Below, piece after piece: positions 28,504 through 35,869 of a stretch of DNA of 35,869 bases (position 1 is the stretch's first letter; each line of letters starts with the position of its first letter). Location: NCBI GenBank assembly GCA_043739185.1, contig JAYUEN010000358.1, positions 1 to 35,869 on the forward strand, in the 5' to 3' direction. The DNA comes from Bdellovibrionales bacterium (GTDB lineage Bacteria > Bdellovibrionota > Bdellovibrionia > Bdellovibrionales > JAMPXM01). The notes beneath the pieces were generated by a model. That model saw only the letters and a program-made list of their open reading frames with translations, did not search any database and was not told where the DNA came from. Position numbers and translations under genes: made by a program.

Positions 28504-28532
28504 AAAAAAAACCGAGGCTTGCGGCCTCGGTC
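28504..28532 (-). terminator. Rho-independent terminator
   Basis: Minus strand GACCGAGGC-cgcaa-GCCTCGGT plus a T tract, with the same stem as the 26090 terminator. Confidence 0.8.
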
Positions 28533-28563
28533 TTAAAATTACTATTATTATTTAAGCAAAAGC

Positions 28564-30531
28564 TTATGGCTTAGCTTGTTGTCCCATTTTCTGTTCGGCC
28601 ATTTTGCCCATTCCATCATTCACTTTTTCAACTGCTGAGTTGAGCATATGCTGAAGTTTATCAACACCAACAGCAACTACGATACCAGGGCGGCAATCGC
28701 CAGGAACAGAACTTAATACTACAAGTTGTGCAGCATCAGTTTCTGGAGTGATTGAGAAGCCTTTTTTAACAACAACAACATCACCTTCATCGAGTTGACA
28801 CTCTTTACCAGTTGGCTCAAGAGTTTCTTTATCAAGGTTAGTAACATTAAGTTGTTCATGAATTTGAAATCCATGAAGACCTTTATCAGAAGACAAGAAC
28901 TCAACTACGTCGATTGCTCCGGGTTCTTTTTTAGTACCTTCTTTAGCGATCGCGGCATTGATGTGCTCGACAGTCAATTTTTGCGCAGCAACTGCATCTG
29001 TACCTTCGTACTTAGTTGCATCCATCTTAATTTTTTCATTTTCTTGTACGATAATGTCTTTGCTTTGTGCAAGTATCTCACGAGCTTCTCTTAACTCTTC
29101 GTCAGCTTGAGCTTTTAAGGCTTCAGCCTTAGCTTCGTCAGCTTCAGCAAGTTCTCGAGCGCGTTCGTCTCTTGCATCTTGCTCTGCTTTTTCTCTAGCG
29201 ATACGAGCCAAGTGACGATTTTCCATTGCTTCAGAAATCCATGTTCCTAACAAGTAATCAACAGGCGTTGTGATGACTGGTACTGGAGTATAGTAATATC
29301 CGTAGTAACTTCCCCATGTGTATGGAGAGTAGGGGTGAAAGTAGCTGTATCCATAACAATTAAACCAGCAAACTTGAGCCGGATATGTATTCCATACTGA
29401 CCAACCGTATCCAAATGGACTCATATAGCCGTAACCGCCAAGAGCAGCACCCATTAAGAGTCCGCCGTAAAATCCACCAACGAAAGCACTGAAGTAAGGG
29501 TGGTTATAAATGCCTGGTGAATAATATGAGCTGTGCCATCCGTATGAATTCACATGAGTTACATAAGTACGATTGATTGTCGTATTGTTGATAGTAACTG
29601 AGCGAGTGTAACCAGTTGTAGTCTTAGTTTGAGTATAAGACTCACGATTTCCTTGATGAGTGATTGTACCTGAAGCGTGGTCAATAGTAGTCGTACCACG
29701 TGGGCTCTTAGTCACTGTTTGATTTTTTGAAGCATCATAGTGAGAAGTCTCATGAGTTTGAGCATTCTTTACAGTTTTGCTTCCATCCGGAAAGCTGCGT
29801 ACAGATTGACGACCTTGAGCAACCGTAGTTGAACCGTCTTTATTGCTGTACATAGTTTTACCAGATTTAGGATCGTAGTGCGAAAGTACTTTTCCTTCTG
29901 GATGACCTGGCTCTGGTGGTCCTCTTCGAACTGAACTTCCGTCAGTAAATTTTTGTGAGTGACCGCCATCCGCATTTTGCTTTGGCGCGCCAGCAGGCTG
30001 TGCATTTTCACGGACTTTTGGAGCTGCAATTTCCTTATGGGCAGTATTCATTGCCTCATGAGAAACTCCTGGTGGAACTTGGTGAGGTGCAACTTTCTCT
30101 GGGCGGTTCGTAGCTGACTTTTGCTCAACCTGTCTTGGCTGTTCTTTAGGAGCAGCAGCAACTGGAGCTTTGGGAGCTTCTTGTCTAGCTTGCTCTTTAG
30201 GAGCAGCAACTGGAGCTTTAGGAGCTTCAGGAGCTGGCTTTCTTCCAAAAAGTCCACCACCAAGAGTTGGCTTAGCCGCCTCTGGAGCTTTAGCTTGCAC
30301 GGCTGGAGCTACTGGAGCTCGTGGAGCCTCCATTCTTGGGGCTGGAGCTTGGTAATGAGGGAGTGGTGCTGGTGCTGGACGAGATTCACGAACAGGCTCG
30401 CGTGCGGCTCCACCTCTGCTGTTAGTTTGTATCAAATCAACTTCATCAGCATGGACGTCGTTGTTTCTTGCGTATGTCATTGGCGCTGCAAGCGACAAAG
30501 ACACGAGTAAACTTAGCACTGATTTGTGCAT
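28564..30531 (-). CDS. Secreted Pro/Ala-rich, Tyr/Gly-rich protein of unknown function (paralog B)
   Basis: Same architecture as paralog A. Shared motifs include DGSSVRRG, DGSTTVAQG, YYxPGIY/YYSPGIY, TYPA.VCW, P.DYLLGT.ISEA, SDKG.HGFQIH, C.LD.GDVV and VLSSVPGDCRPG. Confidence 0.85.
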   Translation of the reverse strand: MHKSVLSLLVSLSLAAPMTYARNNDVHADEVDLIQTNSRGGAAREPVRESRPAPAPLPHYQAPAPRMEAPRAPVAPAVQAKAPEAAKPTLGGGLFGRKPAPEAPKAPVAAPKEQARQEAPKAPVAAAPKEQPRQVEQKSATNRPEKVAPHQVPPGVSHEAMNTAHKEIAAPKVRENAQPAGAPKQNADGGHSQKFTDGSSVRRGPPEPGHPEGKVLSHYDPKSGKTMYSNKDGSTTVAQGRQSVRSFPDGSKTVKNAQTHETSHYDASKNQTVTKSPRGTTTIDHASGTITHQGNRESYTQTKTTTGYTRSVTINNTTINRTYVTHVNSYGWHSSYYSPGIYNHPYFSAFVGGFYGGLLMGAALGGYGYMSPFGYGWSVWNTYPAQVCWFNCYGYSYFHPYSPYTWGSYYGYYYTPVPVITTPVDYLLGTWISEAMENRHLARIAREKAEQDARDERARELAEADEAKAEALKAQADEELREAREILAQSKDIIVQENEKIKMDATKYEGTDAVAAQKLTVEHINAAIAKEGTKKEPGAIDVVEFLSSDKGLHGFQIHEQLNVTNLDKETLEPTGKECQLDEGDVVVVKKGFSITPETDAAQLVVLSSVPGDCRPGIVVAVGVDKLQHMLNSAVEKVNDGMGKMAEQKMGQQAKP

Positions 30532-30605
30532 AAATGCTCCTTCATAGGGTTATTAAAAATCAAAACGATTTTAGTTATAAATTTAAGTCTTCGAATTGAA
30601 ATATA

Positions 30606-30621
30606 TTCAATTCACATGCCA
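30606..30621 (-). promoter_or_regulatory. Sigma54-like promoter of paralog B
   Basis: Minus strand TGGCATGTGAATTGAA, 75 bp from the start codon, matching the spacing seen in paralog A. Confidence 0.45.
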
Positions 30622-30839
30622 GGATTAAATTAAATTGAATTGATTTATTCCTTGGTTTTATTGAATTTTTTGAGTTTTTTAAATCAAAACTCAGGCCATG
30701 TTTGCCAATCTTCGCCGGCTACGGCTTTAGCTTGCCCTAAAATGTCATTGCAGAATTGTGTTTGATTCTAAAATTAAGATTCTAGATTTCAGTCTTATAT
30801 TCTTATTTTTTATATGTTTTCAAATCTAGATTTTATATT

Positions 30840-30889
30840 AGTTTTGGTGGCAGCCGCAGCGGTCATCCGTCTGGCTGTTTCGGTCGCAG
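30840..30889 (+). repeat. GC-rich 50-bp imperfect inverted repeat, left arm
   Basis: Matches the reverse complement of 31561-31610 at 39/50 positions without gaps (manual alignment). Confidence 0.7.
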
Positions 30890-30955
30890 TGATCAGTTGC
30901 GATTAATTGCATTGCCAGTTGTCGGTTTCGGTAGCTTTGATTTAGTTAACAGAAT

Positions 30956-31468
30956 TTAGAGCGAGGAATTTCGCACGCCAAATTGGCTTTTTGAACTTGG
31001 ATTAAGCTTCACATCTTCAAGTTTGTGATTGCAGATGACTATTGTCTCGGGAGATTGCGTGCGCGCTGATAGGCCAGATCCGTCGATTGTCGAGGCAGAA
31101 AAGAGAATTTTATTTTTGCTATCACGCGCTTCTAAACTAATGATTTTGTCTTTGCGTGAGATAATCCAAGTTAAATTTGGTGCATATTTTAGAGTGAAAG
31201 GATTGTAATTTACGTCAGGGTTTTGAGGAATTTCGACGGGTCCATCGGCTTCAACAATACTATTGTCAGCTCCAAGTTTGCCAAATCCGCAGTAGTAACT
31301 TTTATTGTCTGTCGAGCCATCTGACAAAATGAAATTAGGAATGGGTTGCATTCCTTCAAAAGCCATTACTGAAGGCATTGAGAAAAGCGTATTAAAAGTA
31401 AAAAATAATGAGATTAATTTCACGCAGGGTTTAGGCATTTGAATATTTTCAAAGCAAGATTCGTGCAA
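30956..31468 (-). CDS. Secreted hypothetical protein
   Basis: Open frame with a hydrophobic signal-like segment ending VMA-F and two Cys in the mature part. The start is uncertain and may be the ATG at 31438. Confidence 0.55.
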   Translation of the reverse strand: MHESCFENIQMPKPCVKLISLFFTFNTLFSMPSVMAFEGMQPIPNFILSDGSTDNKSYYCGFGKLGADNSIVEADGPVEIPQNPDVNYNPFTLKYAPNLTWIISRKDKIISLEARDSKNKILFSASTIDGSGLSARTQSPETIVICNHKLEDVKLNPSSKSQFGVRNSSL

Positions 31469-31560
31469 GATTCAGATCGAAATATTGAGCATTAGACATG
31501 AAATTCTATGGTTTGAGAGCGCAAAATTGCAAAGGAGCAGGCATTCGGGCAGCCAGTAAG

Positions 31561-31610
31561 CCGCCACCGAAGCCGCCAAACGGCTAACCGCCGCCGCTGC
31601 CATTAAAACT
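31561..31610 (-). repeat. GC-rich 50-bp imperfect inverted repeat, right arm
   Basis: Its reverse complement AGTTTTAATGGCAGCGGCGGCGGTTAGCCGTTTGGCGGCTTCGGTGGCGG aligns to 30840-30889. Confidence 0.7.
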
Positions 31611-31629
31611 GAAAACTGAGAATTAAAAA

Positions 31630-32034
31630 CTACTTCGCAGCAGTTTTTGTAGGCACAATCTTAGCATCCCGAAAATACCAAACGCCTTCTTGTTTCCTGA
31701 AATAAGCAACTTCATGATGAATGGCAGGATCGGTATCTTTGAGCTTAAAATGAGCTTTAAATTCGACAATTCCTTTATTCGCCTCGACAGAAGAATTCAA
31801 AATTTCTAATTTGGTGAATTGCGCCTGATCGGCCCAATCTTGATTTGCCTTTTTGTCGAATTCTCCACGGGCTTGAGGATGAGTGGTATCATAAATATAC
31901 TTCATGTTTTTGAGCGCAAAAGCTGAATAACGTGAGCGCATCAACTGTTCAGGAGTAGATGCTTGGGCGCCATGATCAATGAGCAGACCACAACAGCTCT
32001 TAAATTCTCGATTGGACTCGCAAGGACAAATCAT
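31630..32034 (-). CDS. ychJ: YchJ family (UPF0225) SEC-C metal-binding protein
   Basis: CPC.S......CC, EQLMRSRYSAF, GIVEFKA, HHE.A.F and WYF.D. Confidence 0.88.
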   Translation of the reverse strand: MICPCESNREFKSCCGLLIDHGAQASTPEQLMRSRYSAFALKNMKYIYDTTHPQARGEFDKKANQDWADQAQFTKLEILNSSVEANKGIVEFKAHFKLKDTDPAIHHEVAYFRKQEGVWYFRDAKIVPTKTAAK

Positions 32035-32046
32035 TAAACCTCCAGG

Positions 32047-32115
32047 ATGTACCTGCTTAGTTTTGGAGGCGCACGGCGTTTAATACGCAGTACCTCCAAA
32101 ACTAAGCAGGTACAT
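32047..32115. repeat. Palindromic REP/MITE-like element, copy 3
   Basis: Perfect 23-bp arms at 32047-32069 and 32093-32115. The loop resembles the reverse complement of the copy 1 loop. Confidence 0.92.
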
Positions 32116-32717
32116 TAAAATCCGACATTCAAAATTGGTGAAACTCTAAAAACTCCGCCTTCATTGAAATTCAAAAGGCCAATCTGCAAACCATGCAAAT
32201 TTTTTGCAGAGTTCACTAGGCCAATTTGCATCCCATAAACTTCAAGCGCGTGATTGTAAATGCCGATTTGAGCTCCATAGATATTTGAAAATCCACTCAA
32301 ATTAGCAAGGGCCGCAATTTGTAATCCGACCATTGTTGAGGCGGCATCATTTTGATTGAGCCCAAGTGCAATCTGCAATCCAAAAATCTTTGATTCTTTG
32401 GTATTCACATTGGCAAGTCCCGCTGCTTGAAGGCCCAGTATGGTGGTCTTGCCGTTGGTTAGATTGAAAATGCCAGAGACCCCAATGCCTACAAAATTGC
32501 CCTCGGTGATATTGCCGATCGCACCAATATCTAAACCGTAAATATCTTTGTGCTTACCCCAGAGCAAACTGAGTCTGGCTCCGGTGACGGTAAATTCTGA
32601 AGATGGAAATTGAAGCGGAGGCACGATAGAAACTGAAAGTGGAGAAACTATCGCAAATGCCTTTGATTGAAATATCAGCAAGGAAAGCAGAGTGAAAAAA
32701 ATAATTTTTACATTCAT
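32115..32717 (-). CDS. Exported GxQ-repeat protein (LA_2272-like surface repeat family)
   Basis: Signal peptide, repeated G[L/A/M]Q[I/A]..N units and C-terminal PILNVGF. Confidence 0.7.
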   Translation of the reverse strand: MNVKIIFFTLLSLLIFQSKAFAIVSPLSVSIVPPLQFPSSEFTVTGARLSLLWGKHKDIYGLDIGAIGNITEGNFVGIGVSGIFNLTNGKTTILGLQAAGLANVNTKESKIFGLQIALGLNQNDAASTMVGLQIAALANLSGFSNIYGAQIGIYNHALEVYGMQIGLVNSAKNLHGLQIGLLNFNEGGVFRVSPILNVGF

Positions 32718-32844
32718 TCAAATATCCTAAAGCTAAAGATGAAATTTAGGTACTTGCTTCCTTAATCGAACGCGGCGTGATAGCTTTTTTATTGTGCAAA
32801 ATGAAAGATTGCACACTGCGTCCGATATAGGGGAGTATTAGACC

Positions 32845-33903
32845 TTGAAAATCATACATATCGATATGGATTGTTTCTACGCAGCCGTCGAGGAGAAATT
32901 CAATCCTTCTCTTAAGGCTAAACCAGTGGGAATCGGTGGTCCGGCAAATTCCCGCAGTGTGCTTTGTACCGCAAATTATGAGGCACGAAAATTTGGCGTG
33001 CGAGCGGCTATGCCGTCTTCACAAGCGATGCGTTTGTGCCCGGATTTGATTTTGATTCCTCCGCATTTTGATTTGTATAAAAAAGAAAGCCAAGCAGTTC
33101 GAAAGATTCTTGAGAGCTTTACGCCACTCATTGAGCCCTTGTCTTTAGACGAAGCTTACTTAGATGTAAGCGAATCTCAAGATTTTGGCGGAAGTGCCAC
33201 TCTCATTGCTCGTGAGATAAAAAAGCGCATCAAGGATGAGCTGTCGCTTACTGCTTCTGCAGGAGTGGCGCCAAATAAGTTCTTAGCCAAAATTGCAAGC
33301 GACTGGAAAAAACCTGATGGGCTTTTTGTCATTCGGCCAGAACAAATCAAGGACTTTATGCCAACTTTAAAAATAGAAAAAATATATGGAGTAGGCAAAG
33401 TAACCGCAAAACGTCTTCATGAACTGGGCTTATTTACCTGCGCGGATCTGCAAAAACTCTCAATTTTTGAAATGCAAAAAATTTTTGGCAGACGCGGGCA
33501 ATATTATGCTGAACTTGCAAAAGGCATTGATCATCGAAGAGTTGAGCCCTCATTTGAAAGAAAGTCTTTAAGTGTAGAAGAAACCTTTTCAGTTGATCGC
33601 GACAGCTACGAAACAGCTGTTTTAGAATTGCCTGAGCTTTATAGTGAATGGCTTCGCCGAATGGAGCGCGGAGATTATTTTGATAAGATCAAATGCTATC
33701 AACTAAAAATAAAGACTTCGGATTTCAGACAATCGACAATTGAAGAGGCCTTTGTTGGCGATCCGGGGAACATACCGAGCATAAAAGACTTTGAGAGATT
33801 ACTTAAGAAGATCTGGGAGAGATATGATTCACCCATCCGGCTTTTGGGAATTGGGGTACGTCTCATTGAAAGTAAGCCAGACTTACAGCTCGGATTATTT
33901 TAA
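32845..33903 (+). CDS. dinB: DNA polymerase IV
   Basis: IIHIDMDCFYAAVE, ANYEARKFGV, SLDEAYLD, KFLAKIASDWKKPDG and C-terminal clamp motif QLGLF. Confidence 0.95.
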   Translation: MKIIHIDMDCFYAAVEEKFNPSLKAKPVGIGGPANSRSVLCTANYEARKFGVRAAMPSSQAMRLCPDLILIPPHFDLYKKESQAVRKILESFTPLIEPLSLDEAYLDVSESQDFGGSATLIAREIKKRIKDELSLTASAGVAPNKFLAKIASDWKKPDGLFVIRPEQIKDFMPTLKIEKIYGVGKVTAKRLHELGLFTCADLQKLSIFEMQKIFGRRGQYYAELAKGIDHRRVEPSFERKSLSVEETFSVDRDSYETAVLELPELYSEWLRRMERGDYFDKIKCYQLKIKTSDFRQSTIEEAFVGDPGNIPSIKDFERLLKKIWERYDSPIRLLGIGVRLIESKPDLQLGLF

Positions 33904-33907
33904 GTAT

Positions 33908-34639
33908 TTAAAGTGGTAGTCCGCTATTAGTCAAATTTTCGGATTCTTCAAACAGTTTGCGAACCAGTAATGGGACTTCAATGCTTGCAAGTCCAATTCG
34001 ATGTTCGTTGAATCTATTCGATATATCAGACTCAGCGATATTGATTTCGATTTTTCTCTTAGCGTTTGCAAGTTCAGCGAAGCCCGCCGCCGGATAAACT
34101 TTTCCTGAAGTGCCAATCGAAATGAAAATATCACAGCCATCAAGGGCATCATCTATTTCAGACAAATGATAGGGGCTTTCACCAAACCATACAATATCTG
34201 GGCGAAGTCTCCCTGAAAAACCGCAATTTCGACACACATCACGGCGTGATAAATCATTGAGCCATTCAAAGCGCGACTTACAAAAACTACAAAGAGCTTT
34301 TTGAAGTTCACCATGCATATGAATTAAATTTTTGGAGCCTGCGCGTTCATGCAGATCGTCGACATTTTGGGTAATCAATGAAAATGAAGAAGTCCATTGT
34401 TTTTCAAGTTCAGCTAATGCTAGGTGGGCAAGAGTTGGCTGAACCAAAGGATCTTTTAGCTTTTGTCTTCTTAAATTATAAAACTGATGAACCAAATTTG
34501 GATTTCGATAAAAAGCCTCGGGCGTAGCGACTTCTTCAATCCGGTGATTCTCCCAGAGGCCATCACTTGAACGAAAAGTGGGGATGCCAGCTTCTGCTGA
34601 GATCCCCGATCCAGTTAAAACAACAATATTCTGACTCAA
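33908..34639 (-). CDS. cobB: Sir2-family NAD-dependent protein deacylase
   Basis: GSGISAEAGIPTFR, TQNVDDLHERAG, HMHGEL, two CxxC Zn motifs, RPDIVWFGE and GTSG.VYPAA. The Y-x-x-R motif (YNLR) suggests class III desuccinylase capacity. Confidence 0.93.
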   Translation of the reverse strand: MSQNIVVLTGSGISAEAGIPTFRSSDGLWENHRIEEVATPEAFYRNPNLVHQFYNLRRQKLKDPLVQPTLAHLALAELEKQWTSSFSLITQNVDDLHERAGSKNLIHMHGELQKALCSFCKSRFEWLNDLSRRDVCRNCGFSGRLRPDIVWFGESPYHLSEIDDALDGCDIFISIGTSGKVYPAAGFAELANAKRKIEINIAESDISNRFNEHRIGLASIEVPLLVRKLFEESENLTNSGLPL

Positions 34640-34644
34640 AATTA

Positions 34645-35610
34645 CTATCTCTTTGGAGCTAGTGCAGCGGCGATACCTTCTTCGATTGTCTTCTTGCCGC
34701 CAGATGAAGGTGCTGCGCGAGTGAATTCAATACCAAACTCAACGCCTTTATTTCCTGAGCAAGTTGGGCTGCCACCATTACATTTGTAAACACGAGCAAA
34801 GAGAACTGTTGTTGGGCTGTATTGGCGAGAGAGCACAAGATCAGAAGTTGTATTGCCTGTTAGTGCAGAACGTACAACTCCGACAGATGCTGAAGTCTTA
34901 TCATTGATTCTGTAACCAGCGCCAAAACCAGTTGATACTTCAGTTCCACCACCGAGAGTTCTGTCTATAGTAATGAGGCCTGCAATCGCGTAACGACCGT
35001 CATCAAATGTCTTCATTGCACTAATTGGCACAATCATATGATAATTAGGATCGCGACCTTCTAAGCCGTGGCCCACAACATGCGGACTTTGGATATCGAG
35101 TCCTGCAGAAACGCTTATACCTTTTTCATCGTTATCATAAATCATGGCCTTAGCTCCGCAAGTTACAGACTCAAAGCCTGAAGCGGTATTTGTAGTGCCA
35201 TCATCATTAAGCGATTTCTCTTTAGTAAATGGAGTGATGCAATGTAATTCGACAGTTTTACCTTTGATGTTTATGCCATAATCCACTTCAAGAGTTAAAC
35301 TTGCTCCACGTGTGCCGTCGTTTGTTTTAGAGCGTCCATATTTAATGTTTGTAACTAGTACTCCGGCATCAACCGGGGCTGGATTCGGAATTTGTCCTAA
35401 GCCTGTGATGGCTTCGATTTGATCAGGTTTTGCGTCTTCTTTTTTCTCAGAGTCAGCGCCGTCAGCTTTATCGGCATCAGCTTTATCCGCTGGAGCAGAA
35501 GCTGCCTGCGGTTTTGCAGCTGGAGCCTTTGAAGCATCAGCTGCGTGAGCAGATACTCCCGTGATTAAAAAACAAAATACCATTAAAGAAACTAAATTAG
35601 CTTTTTTCAT
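34645..35610 (-). CDS. Secreted hypothetical protein, possibly beta-barrel-like
   Basis: Signal peptide ending AHA-A, Ala/Asp/Lys low-complexity linker, then amphipathic beta strands. Confidence 0.65.
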   Translation of the reverse strand: MKKANLVSLMVFCFLITGVSAHAADASKAPAAKPQAASAPADKADADKADGADSEKKEDAKPDQIEAITGLGQIPNPAPVDAGVLVTNIKYGRSKTNDGTRGASLTLEVDYGINIKGKTVELHCITPFTKEKSLNDDGTTNTASGFESVTCGAKAMIYDNDEKGISVSAGLDIQSPHVVGHGLEGRDPNYHMIVPISAMKTFDDGRYAIAGLITIDRTLGGGTEVSTGFGAGYRINDKTSASVGVVRSALTGNTTSDLVLSRQYSPTTVLFARVYKCNGGSPTCSGNKGVEFGIEFTRAAPSSGGKKTIEEGIAAALAPKR

Positions 35611-35655
35611 AAAAATTCCTACCTACGTTAAGTTGTTAATGACTTGAATTATGAG

Positions 35656-35671
35656 AGCAAGAGATGTGCCC
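35656..35671 (-). promoter_or_regulatory. Sigma54-like promoter
   Basis: Minus strand GGGCACATCTCTTGCT (GG-N10-GC), about 45 bp upstream of the 35610 start. Confidence 0.5.
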
Positions 35672-35869
35672 ATGAATTTTTTACTCAAGTGTGATTATAT
35701 TAAAGTTGAGATGATAAAATGAGTGAGCGAGTTACGTTAATCGTCATTTCGTAAAATATTTAATCGCAGTGATGGCCCCTTCTTCTTTTGGTTGGTCTAG
35801 CTATGTAGTGGCAATAGATTGCAGATAGTAGCTATGAGTTAAGTAGCCACATTTCTGCATAATCTTAAG

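Noticed and set aside
32720..32844. LexA box upstream of dinB
   Set aside because: No GTAC-N7-GTAC is present. There is only a short GTGCAA/TTGCAC dyad, which could be chance.
33908..34639. Sir2 domain as an anti-phage defence effector
   Set aside because: It has the canonical housekeeping CobB motifs and Zn site, with no defence partner genes nearby.

Overview
AT-rich bacterial chromosomal window. Gene content and style suggest Bdellovibrionota, which is an inference. It begins with tRNA-Ala(GGC), a small outer-membrane barrel, a CinA-like gene, a TIGR01777-SRPBCC fusion, a PilZ protein, a FabG-like SDR and a receiver protein. Next come a lexA-imuA-imuB-dnaE2 mutagenesis cassette and tandem secreted phosphoesterases. 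A minus-strand run encodes a TonB-dependent receptor, TonB, ExbB, ExbD, a triple-YbjQ protein and an M48 peptidase. The rest holds a DUF885 lipoprotein, an MCP, two large paralogous secreted Pro-rich/Tyr-Gly-rich proteins, ychJ, dinB and cobB. I found no integrase, transposase or CRISPR array. The most unusual signals are: (1) a family of ~65-80 bp palindromes with an invariant 20-bp arm (TACCTGCTTAGTTTTGGAGG), present three times, once in-frame inside dnaE2; (2) a lexA promoter with two GTAC-N7-GTAC motifs and a 13-bp tandem array that runs into the RBS; (3) a 50-bp imperfect inverted repeat pair bracketing one orphan gene; (4) several sigma54-like promoters, mostly ahead of envelope or secreted protein genes, including the duplicated Tyr/Gly-rich proteins.
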